Origin: a virus | Taxonomy: Duplodnaviria > Caudoviricetes | Virus record (IMG/VR): IMGVR_UViG_3300027974_001530 | DNA: 64,000 bases | Strand: one strand, 5' to 3' | Notes under the pieces: model-generated | What the model saw: the letters and a program-made list of their open reading frames with translations, nothing else | Database searches by the model: none | What the model was told of the DNA's origin: nothing | Translations under genes and position numbers: made by a program | Shown: positions 47,027 through 55,018 of the stretch, piece by piece | Layout of the letters: the number at the start of each line of letters is the position of its first letter | Position numbering within the stretch: position 1 is the first letter of the stretch

Positions 47027-49087
47027 ATGTTAGATTTTGTAGACGATAGTAATGATAAAAATAAAAAAAAGAGTGAGGCCGGAACACCTGTATTAGATAA
47101 TTTTAGTAAAGATCTAATAAAACTTGCCGAACAAGGTAAATTAGACCCAGTAATTGGTAGAGAAAAAGAAATCTTTAGAATTGCCCAAGTTTTATCAAGG
47201 AGGAAAAAAAATAACCCTATTATTATTGGTGAACCAGGAGCAGGTAAAACTGCAATCGTCGAGGGTCTTGCAATGATGATTTATGGTGGAGAGTGCCCAA
47301 AAAATTTGGTAGATAAAAGAATTGTGTCTTTAGACATTAACTCAATTGTTGCCGGCACAAAGTATAGAGGTCAATTTGAAGAAAGAATGAAGGTGATTAT
47401 TGAAGAACTTCAGAACACCCCTAATATTATTTTATTTATAGATGAAATTCATACTATGGTTGGTGCGGGTAATAGTTCAGGTTCTTTAGACGCATCAAAC
47501 ATATTTAAACCTGCGTTATCAAGAGGTGAAATTCAGTGTATTGGAGCAACAACCCTTGATGAATATAGAAGACATTTTGAGAAAGATGGTGCATTAGAAA
47601 GAAGATTCCAAAAGATTATTGTAGATCCATCAACCAAAGAAGAAACGTTTCAAATACTACAACAAAGTAAGGGTAAATATGAAGAACATCATAAGGTTAA
47701 TTATACCGATGAATCACTTCGGTTATGTGTTGAGTTAGCCGATAGATATATTACGGATAGAGAGTTTCCTGATAAGGCTTTTGATATTTTAGATGAGGTT
47801 GGGTCAAGAATGCAAATAGATATAAAATTACCTGAAGAAATTGAGTTATTAAAAGTTGAGGCCCAAGAAATAAAGAAAGAGAAGGCGACCGTTATTAAAA
47901 AACAAAACTACGAACAAGCAGCCGAATTAAGAGATAGAGAAAGAAACGTTTTAATTAAATTAGAAGAGGAGAAAAAGAAATTTGAGGATCATCTTAAAAA
48001 TAGTAAACGAGGTATTCCTGATGAAATCATTTATGAGGTAGTTTCAAACATGACTAAAATTCCTGTTAGTAAAATAAATGTAGATGAGAAAAATTCGTTA
48101 GTTAATCTTGAATTAACTTTAAATAAATACGTTATTGGTCAAGAAGAGGCGGTTGGAAAAATATCAAAATCTATAAGAAGAAATAGAGTTGGGATTAAAG
48201 ACCCTAATAGACCAATCGGTTCGTTTATATTTTTAGGATCAACAGGTGTTGGTAAGACGTTTTTAGCAAAAAAATTAGCAAAAGAAATATTTGGTAGTGA
48301 AGATAGTTTAATAAGAGTTGACATGTCTGAGTACCAAGAGAAACATACCATCTCAAGACTTATTGGATCCCCTCCAGGATATGTGGGACATGAAGAAGGG
48401 GGTCAATTAACAGAACAAGTTAAAAATAAACCATATTCTGTCATACTTTTTGATGAGATTGAGAAGGCAAATAAAGACATATTCGCAACCTTACTACAGA
48501 TGTTAGATGATGGACATTTAACTGATGGGTTAGGCAGAAAGATCAACTTTAAAAACTGTTTAATTATTATGACATCAAATATTGGTGTTAGAAAATTACA
48601 GGACTTTGGGAATGGTGTTGGATTTAAAACAAATAATAATAGTGAAGTTGTCCAAGAGGAGTATAAAAGAGACGTATTGAAAAAAGAATTACGCAAATTT
48701 TTTGCACCTGAATTTTTAAATAGAATTGATGATGTTGTAATATTTAATTCTTTAGTAAAAGAACATATTGATAAAATTGTAAAACTTGAAATTGATAAAC
48801 TAATTGACAGATTAACATCTATGAAATATAACGTTTCTTATGAAGGTTCTGTGACTGATTTTATATCAAAAGTTGGTTTTGATGATCAATACGGAGCAAG
48901 ACCAATTAAAAGAGCGATCCAAGATAAAATCGAAGACTTAATTTCAGAAAAGATATTAAACAATGAGGTTATAGAAGGGGGCGAATATATGTTATTTGTT
49001 AAAGGAGAAGGTGATGATCAAACAATAGAAATTGAGGATAGGTCAAAACCAGAACCAAAGAAAAAAGGAAGAAATAAAAAGGGATAA
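47027..49087 (+). CDS. clpC: ClpC/ClpA-like Hsp100 ATPase lacking the N-terminal Clp-repeat domain
   Basis: Two AAA+ modules (GEPGAGKT, FIDEIH; GSTGVGKT, LFDEIEKA), GAKYRG-type pore loop GTKYRG, short UVR-type M-domain (YEQAAELRD), ClpP-docking VGF loop; begins at TPVLDNFSKDL. Confidence 0.85.
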   Translation: MLDFVDDSNDKNKKKSEAGTPVLDNFSKDLIKLAEQGKLDPVIGREKEIFRIAQVLSRRKKNNPIIIGEPGAGKTAIVEGLAMMIYGGECPKNLVDKRIVSLDINSIVAGTKYRGQFEERMKVIIEELQNTPNIILFIDEIHTMVGAGNSSGSLDASNIFKPALSRGEIQCIGATTLDEYRRHFEKDGALERRFQKIIVDPSTKEETFQILQQSKGKYEEHHKVNYTDESLRLCVELADRYITDREFPDKAFDILDEVGSRMQIDIKLPEEIELLKVEAQEIKKEKATVIKKQNYEQAAELRDRERNVLIKLEEEKKKFEDHLKNSKRGIPDEIIYEVVSNMTKIPVSKINVDEKNSLVNLELTLNKYVIGQEEAVGKISKSIRRNRVGIKDPNRPIGSFIFLGSTGVGKTFLAKKLAKEIFGSEDSLIRVDMSEYQEKHTISRLIGSPPGYVGHEEGGQLTEQVKNKPYSVILFDEIEKANKDIFATLLQMLDDGHLTDGLGRKINFKNCLIIMTSNIGVRKLQDFGNGVGFKTNNNSEVVQEEYKRDVLKKELRKFFAPEFLNRIDDVVIFNSLVKEHIDKIVKLEIDKLIDRLTSMKYNVSYEGSVTDFISKVGFDDQYGARPIKRAIQDKIEDLISEKILNNEVIEGGEYMLFVKGEGDDQTIEIEDRSKPEPKKKGRNKKG

Positions 49088-49114
49088 TAATTTTTTTAAA
49101 TAAATTTTTTTTTA

Positions 49115-49122
49115 TAAATTTG
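49115..49122 (+). promoter_or_regulatory. Bacteroidota-type -7 promoter (TAAATTTG)
   Basis: 15 nt upstream of ATG 49138. Confidence 0.6.
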
Positions 49123-49137
49123 TTTTAATAACAGAAT

Positions 49138-49560
49138 ATGAAAACAATTTTTTTAACCCTATTTTTTTTCTTTAATTTTTTATCATTTAGTCAAAAATTA
49201 ATAATTCACGTATTTGAAAAACAAGAAATGATTTCATTTCATAGAACATCGGTGGATTCTGTGTTAATGAAACCGGATTTAATATATGATGTTAATAGTG
49301 ATTACACCAAATATATTATAGACCTTGGTAATGAAACTTCCACATATTTTATTGATGGTGTTGAAATTAGTTCGTTACCAATTAAATTTGTAAATCTTGG
49401 TAATGGGTCACTTAAGATTAATATATTGGAAAAAAGTTTTGATTATGGTTTGATCGTTAATACAAATTATGGGAGCGAAAATGTTATTTGGTTTTGGTTT
49501 ACAGATAACTCAACCACAGTAAAAAATATTACAAAGTTTAATATAGAAAAACCATCATAA
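49138..49560 (+). CDS. Exported protein (signal peptide ...FLSFS|Q)
   Basis: MKTIFLTLFFFFNFLSFS|QK; beta-rich mature domain. Confidence 0.75.
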   Translation: MKTIFLTLFFFFNFLSFSQKLIIHVFEKQEMISFHRTSVDSVLMKPDLIYDVNSDYTKYIIDLGNETSTYFIDGVEISSLPIKFVNLGNGSLKINILEKSFDYGLIVNTNYGSENVIWFWFTDNSTTVKNITKFNIEKPS

Positions 49561-49592
49561 AAAAATCCCCATCTTTTCAGGTGGGGATTTTT
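49561..49592. terminator. Bidirectional terminator between convergent genes
   Basis: aaaaatccccatc-tttt-caggtggggattttt. Confidence 0.8.
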
Positions 49593-49608
49593 ACATAACT
49601 TAATATTT

Positions 49609-50097
49609 TTATTTTTGGGTTGGGGAAGTTAATAAAGTTTTTTTAACCGCATCTATCCCACTTCTAACGGCAATTGCAAGTTTATCTTTAACTGCAGCAT
49701 CTGCAGTATTTAAAACATTTACTAAACTACCGCTAAACTGCATTAGTTTACCATCCACTATTTTTGTTCCGTAGTTGTCTAATGGGTCCTTTTCTTGTTG
49801 TACACCTGTTGATAAGTTTGCGGTAATTGCGACACCAAAATCTTGTGGTGATTTAACTAATTCTTTACCATCTTTGTAAATAACTATATTTCCGTGATAA
49901 TCATCAGCTCCTTTTACAAATTTTGCGGTGTATGCAGGTAATTTATATGCCGTCATAACTCTGTTAAATTCATTAACAAATGCCGCGGCTTGAGTGTTAG
50001 CAAGAGATTGTTCCATTATATAATGTCTTGATGTAGCGTTTTGGTGCATTTCCAAAATTCTACTTTTTTCTTGTTCTGAGATTATAAATTTTATCAT
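49609..50097 (-). CDS. Putative head-packaged protein with N-terminal leader
   Basis: MIKFIISEQEKSRILEMHQNA...IME|Q; TATTTAT at 50120-50126. Confidence 0.7.
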   Translation of the reverse strand: MIKFIISEQEKSRILEMHQNATSRHYIMEQSLANTQAAAFVNEFNRVMTAYKLPAYTAKFVKGADDYHGNIVIYKDGKELVKSPQDFGVAITANLSTGVQQEKDPLDNYGTKIVDGKLMQFSGSLVNVLNTADAAVKDKLAIAVRSGIDAVKKTLLTSPTQK

Positions 50098-50169
50098 AAT
50101 ATTTTTTTGTATTTAACAAATAAATATATGAATTTTAAAGAAATTAAAGGATATGAGTAAATTTTTTTA

Positions 50170-50955
50170 TTAATGTTTATTATTACCTAACTCCTCTATC
50201 ATTAATTTACCCACCTTAATACCATTGTATGTGTCGTCAACAACCACGTATTCGTTTCTTGTGTGGTAATTGTAGTACCCAATAGAGATATTGAAACAGG
50301 ACAACCCAAAGTTCTTATTTAATGGGTATATATCCGTGTATGGGTGTCTATGGTATTCTGTATCGCCAGGAAAATGTTCTGTTATTAGTCTACCCCCAAC
50401 ATTAAAGAATTCACTGTCTCTATTAAACATTGGTTTGTTCATTAAAAATTCTGAAATCATATTATTTTCGGGGGCATCAAATTGTATAACGTAACCAACA
50501 TTAGTGAAAAAATTAGGATCCGCATTAAATGAACCCTTACATCCTGTTTCTTCAGCAACAAAGAAAGCGGCTTTTAGATTAGGTAATTCTTTTAGTAGTT
50601 CTAAACACCCATAAACCCCACATTTATCATCACCACCAATTCCTGTTGGGTCTCCGTTATTATTATATGCCTTTAAAGATAGTTTAACATTACCTTGAGC
50701 ATCAGGTAACATCTCTTCTTTAACATTTATTGTGTCAATATTATGTACAGTATCAGTATGTGCGACCACACAAGGAAAGTATTCAATATCCTGATCAGTT
50801 TGTTTTGTTGCATATATGTTGTATAAGTCATCAACATAATATGTGATGTTATTTTTATCTAACCAATCACAGATAAATTGTATCAATAAATCTTCTTGAT
50901 ATGTTTTTGAGGGTACCGATAACACCTCTTTTAGTAATTCGTAATTTCTTTCCAT
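50170..50955 (-). CDS. Zn-dependent M20/M28/M42-clan peptidase
   Basis: VVAHTDTV, GIGGDDKCG, FFVAEETGCKGS, VIQFDAP and YHTRNE metal-binding motifs. Confidence 0.85.
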   Translation of the reverse strand: MERNYELLKEVLSVPSKTYQEDLLIQFICDWLDKNNITYYVDDLYNIYATKQTDQDIEYFPCVVAHTDTVHNIDTINVKEEMLPDAQGNVKLSLKAYNNNGDPTGIGGDDKCGVYGCLELLKELPNLKAAFFVAEETGCKGSFNADPNFFTNVGYVIQFDAPENNMISEFLMNKPMFNRDSEFFNVGGRLITEHFPGDTEYHRHPYTDIYPLNKNFGLSCFNISIGYYNYHTRNEYVVVDDTYNGIKVGKLMIEELGNNKH

Positions 50956-50959
50956 TTTA

Positions 50960-50967
50960 CAAACTTA
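50960..50967 (-). promoter_or_regulatory. Bacteroidota-type -7 promoter (TAAGTTTG), 4 nt from the ATG (likely leaderless mRNA)
   Basis: Plus-strand caaactta at 50960-50967. Confidence 0.6.
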
Positions 50968-50984
50968 CGAAAAATAAATGGTGT

Positions 50985-52064
50985 TTACAAAATAATACCT
51001 TTTATTTTTTTAAGTTGTTCAAATAATTCAGGATGGTAAAGTGATAAATTTAAATCCTCAACATTATCCACAGATCTATCTTCTGAAGGATGGTTTGGTT
51101 TTCTAGAGGTAAAATTAAGTTTTCCTGTTTTTATATCTAGATCTGAAAAGTACACTTCAATTTTTTTTGAGGGGATATTAATCCATCTTCTAAAACCTCC
51201 TAATTTTTCCACAATATTAAACAATTCGTTGTACCTTTCAAAACTTACATCTTCAGATAAATCTTCTTCTACCTTTTCTAAGATATCATTTAAATGACGG
51301 GCAGTTTCTTTGTGAAAAGAGTCCCATTCAAAATCATCACACCAAACATTATATTCCAATTCATACCAGTTACCTCTAGATTCTCTATCGTATTTTGTTA
51401 ACATTAACTTTAATAATTCTGGTATATCAAAATTTTTGGCCTCTAAAGTCTCGTACCAATGTATTAATACACCTAAAGTGGTTTTAAATCTGTAATTCCC
51501 ATAAGTCTCACTAATCCCAAGTTTTTTAAATGGATTTTTAGTTTCATTTTTTAAAACATTACTAACCGCCCTTCTAGTACAGTCTTGGTTCAAAGAACCA
51601 TATTCACTAACAATATATTCAATATCACCAAACCTTTTGTCTAAATAAGTCGCAATAATACCCATATTGGCATCCGTATCGTCATCTCGTAAAACCATTG
51701 ATGGGTTAACTAATCTTAGAATTTGTTTAACCAAGTTAAGATTTTCTGGACTAAATTCTTTTAATATGTACCCCTCTTTCCAATCTTCTTCATATCTGTA
51801 ATAATCATAATCATAATCGTAATAATAATTATCCATAAATTTATTCCACACATAGATATCTTCCTCATCCTCAATACCTAAAATTTTAAAATATTCTTCA
51901 GTATTTTCAAATTCAAAATAAATAACACTTGATGACGGGGAATCATAATTGTATTTAATATCATCGATTATATCAGGATACTGGTATTTACTAAATCTAA
52001 CATCCGTTAAATCCTTTTTTGATAATTTTTTTAAATATTCGTATGTTTCCCCAATTTCTGACAT
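50985..52064 (-). CDS. Hypothetical acidic Tyr-rich protein
   Basis: 359 aa; TATTTAT at 52070-52076. Confidence 0.75.
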   Translation of the reverse strand: MSEIGETYEYLKKLSKKDLTDVRFSKYQYPDIIDDIKYNYDSPSSSVIYFEFENTEEYFKILGIEDEEDIYVWNKFMDNYYYDYDYDYYRYEEDWKEGYILKEFSPENLNLVKQILRLVNPSMVLRDDDTDANMGIIATYLDKRFGDIEYIVSEYGSLNQDCTRRAVSNVLKNETKNPFKKLGISETYGNYRFKTTLGVLIHWYETLEAKNFDIPELLKLMLTKYDRESRGNWYELEYNVWCDDFEWDSFHKETARHLNDILEKVEEDLSEDVSFERYNELFNIVEKLGGFRRWINIPSKKIEVYFSDLDIKTGKLNFTSRKPNHPSEDRSVDNVEDLNLSLYHPELFEQLKKIKGIIL

Positions 52065-52108
52065 ATAAAATAAATATCAAAATATTTTGATTATTGTAAT
52101 TTACCCAT

Positions 52109-52124
52109 TATATTTGTATTTATA
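52109..52124 (+). promoter_or_regulatory. Adjacent host-type (TATATTTG, 52109-52116) and TATTTAT (52117-52123) promoter motifs for the tmRNA
   Basis: Both motifs read back-to-back ~25-40 nt upstream of the tmRNA 5' end. Confidence 0.55.
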
Positions 52125-52147
52125 TAAACAAAAGTTATTTGACATAT

Positions 52148-52558
52148 GGGGGTGTTTTTGGATTTGACAGGTATTGGCTGAGAATAAAGGGCACGTAGAG
52201 ACTGAATTAATCTCTTTAAAAACTGATTCACAAAAACAATCGGCGACGTTTTATCGAAAATGGAAACTCTTGGTTTACTAAGAGGTTCTGAAGTTACTGT
52301 AGCTTAATTAGTTAACGGAAACGGGGGTCGGTGGACACATAACCTAGCAACAGAAGTCCTTTAAGGTGGAATACGACTGAACCCGAAATCGAGTCGTTTA
52401 TTGGTTGTTAGTTTACGATAATGAAGAACAAACTAACCTTGTTTTCGATCAAGTTAAAAATCGAATATTTTGGAACGTTAGAAAATGTTAACCTAAACGT
52501 GTAGTCCTTGTTTGACAGGATATTATGGACCGGAGTTCGAGCCTCCGCACCTCCACCA
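52148..52558 (+). ncRNA. ssrA: tmRNA (one-piece), tag reading frame 52242-52307 encoding (A)GDVLSKMETLGLLRGSEVTVA*
   Basis: 5' GGGGGTG...GGATTTGAC; 3' CCGGAGTTCGAGCCTCCG T-arm, then CACCTCC-A-CCA; 7-bp acceptor stem with G3.U70; length 411 nt. Confidence 0.95.
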
Positions 52559-52561
52559 ATT

Positions 52562-52596
52562 AAAATCCCCATCTTTATGGTGGGGATAAAAAAAAA
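52562..52596. terminator. Hairpin downstream of the tmRNA
   Basis: atccccatc-tttat-ggtggggat. Confidence 0.6.
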
Positions 52597-52641
52597 TAAC
52601 TATCTTTATAAAAAAATCATTAATTTAAACCTTTAATAAAA

Positions 52642-53088
52642 ATGAAAACATTATTTTTTTCTTTAATCATGACATTGTCAAGTTTTTTGTCATTTTCCCA
52701 AAAAAATGTAAATATTTTTGCCACAGACTTTTATGATTTTACTATGACTATAGATGAGTTAATGTATTTTATGAGTACAGACTCAACAATGAATAGATGG
52801 TCATATATGGAAAGTTATGAATCAGATTATTTTATGGTTTTTAATATCAACTTTAAAGAAAATAATGTAATATCAAGTGTTGATGAAGGAGATACGTTAA
52901 AAAATTATCAAATTACATCTAAAAATATTTTAAATAATAAAAATATTTTTTTAAGTATTTCTGACTCTAATAGTAAATCACGAATGGTTGTAGTTTATAA
53001 AAATAATCAACCATTTAGATTGATCACTTACCATATTGAGGGTAATTACGCTATTGGGTATATATCAAAAAACGTAAGTCTACAATAG
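52642..53088 (+). CDS. Exported protein (signal peptide ...FLSFS|Q)
   Basis: MKTLFFSLIMTLSSFLSFS|QK; same signal-peptide end as 49138..49560. Confidence 0.75.
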   Translation: MKTLFFSLIMTLSSFLSFSQKNVNIFATDFYDFTMTIDELMYFMSTDSTMNRWSYMESYESDYFMVFNINFKENNVISSVDEGDTLKNYQITSKNILNNKNIFLSISDSNSKSRMVVVYKNNQPFRLITYHIEGNYAIGYISKNVSLQ

Positions 53089-53102
53089 ACTTACGTTTTT
53101 TT
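53067..53102. terminator. Bidirectional terminator
   Basis: aaaaaacgtaagtcta-caa-tagacttacgtttttt, perfect stem between convergent genes. Confidence 0.85.
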
Positions 53103-53124
53103 TATCTCCATAAAAATCTCTTTA

Positions 53125-53622
53125 TTATGCGGTAACGTTATACAATTTACAAATTGCATCAGTCATTTCGCTTCCAGCCGTAAATCCAGGTCGACCCCAA
53201 GTAACTAATACACCTTTTGCGTTTTTAGTTTTACCACCGGCCTTGATTGTGAACGGGTCTTTATATCCTCCTTGGACCACGGCCTTAACCGCAGTTTCTA
53301 CCTCAGCTCTTGTTTTAGGGGTTGTATTAAGGAAAACACCAAATGCCGTCCTTTGATCTATATTTGTTGGGTCTGCCTCTGTGTTAACTACTTGGAAACT
53401 TCCATCTCTCATATTCATTAAATTTCCTAAAGTTTTACTACCCGCAAAATTTACGTCCCATGCCGTCCCATTTTTTTTATATTGTAATTGCGGGAACAAT
53501 GCACTTTTATATCCAGTTACCGAATCAAACGCTAAAACAGTATTTTGAGCAAATCCTTCACTAATTACTCTTCTTACTATTCTTGCAAGATCTGATTCTG
53601 TTAGTCTAATTATTCTTTTCAT
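53125..53622 (-). CDS. Putative head-packaged protein with MKRIIRLTESDL leader
   Basis: MKRIIRLTESDLARIVRRVISE|G; TATTTAT at 53652-53658. Confidence 0.7.
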   Translation of the reverse strand: MKRIIRLTESDLARIVRRVISEGFAQNTVLAFDSVTGYKSALFPQLQYKKNGTAWDVNFAGSKTLGNLMNMRDGSFQVVNTEADPTNIDQRTAFGVFLNTTPKTRAEVETAVKAVVQGGYKDPFTIKAGGKTKNAKGVLVTWGRPGFTAGSEMTDAICKLYNVTA

Positions 53623-53680
53623 AATGTAAAATTATTTATTTATCTTTAAATATAAATACATCAGTATATAAAAAAAAACA

Positions 53681-53710
53681 AAAAAAAAGGGATCGATTCA
53701 CATCGTCCCT
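53681..53710 (-). terminator. Intrinsic terminator of the large ncRNA
   Basis: Minus strand AGGGA-CGAT-gtga-ATCG-A-TCCCT followed by T8. Confidence 0.85.
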
Positions 53711-54624
53711 ATTAATTTTTTTCTTATAAGATTTAACCTAAAAATAAAAACCTGAGATTACAGTTTTTGTAAGTGTCTTTCGAGTCATTATTGGTTCTAC
53801 TCTTATCCACAGGATTTTGTCCTGTAACACTCATTACCGATTGGTTAGACCAATCACTCCTTGACGACATAACTACTCTCTTACTAATCCTGTCTCCTCA
53901 AGATTGCGTCCTGATTCGGTCTTCGACGACCTAGAGATTTTTCATAAAAATACGGTCAAACTTGCGGTTATCACGTTCCACTGACTGCCAGTGAATAGGT
54001 GGGTAACTTCCGTTATATCGTGACGGACACTTTTGCTTTATAGTTTATAAATGTTACTTCATTAACATAAAAGTTTTTGTGTCGTGGATTGGTCAAAGCA
54101 GTGGTCCGTCTTAAGCTTCATTATCTTTTGAATAACAAAATACCAAACTGCCTCGTGAAATGTCCCCATTTCAATATTTCAAGATTACTTCGAGATTAAC
54201 CCCTTGGTAGAAGTTTATCAAGGACAATGTCAGCACCACCTGTTTGTTGTCATACCTTTCGGTTTTAAGTACCCTATCGTACTGAGACCCGCAATAACAA
54301 CATTGGAAATATTGATTCTTGCATCGTCCCTACGAGTTATTCCTATTAGAGTTCCCTCCTCAACAAGATGACCCACATCACCTCATCATAAAATCACTTT
54401 CCCTACACCGTTGGCCTCGGTACTAAAGATTTTATGGTATCTCGCCTGTGTACTCGACCTCAATGATCCGAAGACCATTAAGACGCAAACCCGTTACACT
54501 TGGGGGTTCACTTTATCCTACTTTCGTAGTTTATTTTATGGACTATACACGGCCCAATATCTTTATCAGTTTCATTCTTAAACCCGAAGGTTCTTAACTT
54601 AATCCTGAACGGATAATATCTAAC

Positions 54625-54636
54625 TTTTCAAAGAAC
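54625..54636 (-). promoter_or_regulatory. boxA-like antitermination element (GTTCTTTGAAAA)
   Basis: Immediately after the 5' hairpin of the ncRNA leader; matches the rRNA-leader boxA pattern. Confidence 0.5.
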
Positions 54637-54663
54637 GTTATCGGACTTTTCCGATTTGTTTTA

Positions 54664-54671
54664 CAAAGATA
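54664..54671 (-). promoter_or_regulatory. Bacteroidota promoter P2 of the ncRNA (TATCTTTG; TTTG at 54692-54695, 20-nt spacer)
   Basis: Both -7 and -33 elements present with canonical spacing. Confidence 0.75.
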
Positions 54672-54748
54672 AGAATACTTTTTGAATTTTCCAAATTTTT
54701 TCTAAACTTTTTTTATTTCTTATTTGGACGTTTTCCAAATTTGTTTTA

Positions 54749-54756
54749 CAAAGTTA
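54749..54756 (-). promoter_or_regulatory. Bacteroidota promoter P1 of the ncRNA (TAACTTTG)
   Basis: Duplicate of the P2 unit 85 nt upstream; TTGAC at ~54775-54779. Confidence 0.6.
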
Positions 54757-54797
54757 CGACATTTGTTTTGTTTTGTCAAGTACTTTGTGAACTTTTT

Positions 54798-54947
54798 TTA
54801 ATATTTTTCTACGTAAACTTTAAACGTCCCGTATTTTCTTGCCATAACATCGGCAAATTCAAAATTTGGAGTAAAAAGTCTTTGACCTTTATCGTTAAGG
54901 TAACTAAAAAGTTCGATCTCGATTACTTGTGTTTCTAATTCTGTCAT
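54798..54947 (-). CDS. Small protein (49 aa); missed by the ORF track
   Basis: MTELETQVIEIELFSYLNDKGQRLFTPNFEFADVMARKYGTFKVYVEKY; strong promoter upstream. Confidence 0.6.
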   Translation of the reverse strand: MTELETQVIEIELFSYLNDKGQRLFTPNFEFADVMARKYGTFKVYVEKY

Positions 54948-54972
54948 TTTTCTTGTTTTTAAATATACAACA

Positions 54973-55001
54973 ATTATAAACCATATATTTTAAACAGTCA
55001 A
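54973..55001 (-). promoter_or_regulatory. TTGACT-N17-TATAAT promoter
   Basis: Near-consensus -35/-10 upstream of the 49-aa ORF. Confidence 0.6.
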
Positions 55002-55018
55002 CAAAGTCATTAAAAAAA

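Larger units (their letters stand above)
53681..54657 (-). ncRNA. Large (~0.9-1 kb) highly structured ncRNA, probably GOLLD or a GOLLD-like RNA
   Basis: No ORF >=60 aa in the ORF track; GC visibly above the genome background; bounded by a promoter and a terminator; many tetraloop hairpins on the minus strand (54581-92 UUCG, 54518-29 GAAA, 54462-79 UUCG, 54254-63 GAAA, 54120-36, 53839-55, 53809-25). Segments AUUUUGUUAUUCAAAAGAUAAUGAA, AUAAAGCAAAAGU and 3' CGAAAG...UGUAAUCUCA resemble GOLLD 3'-domain sequences as I recall them (unverified). Confidence 0.75.

Noticed and set aside
47027-49087. Assignment as the ClpB disaggregase
   Set aside because: The M-domain is short (UVR-type) and a VGF ClpP-binding loop is present, which ClpB lacks.
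53681-54657. Large ncRNA as an rRNA fragment, RNase P RNA or group I/II intron
   Set aside because: No universal 16S/23S motifs, no RNase P GAGGAAAGUCC signature, and it interrupts no gene; it has its own promoter and terminator.
54741-54938. ORF-track + strand 65-aa ORF
   Set aside because: Antisense to a better 49-aa minus-strand ORF with a strong promoter, and it overlaps the ncRNA P1 promoter.
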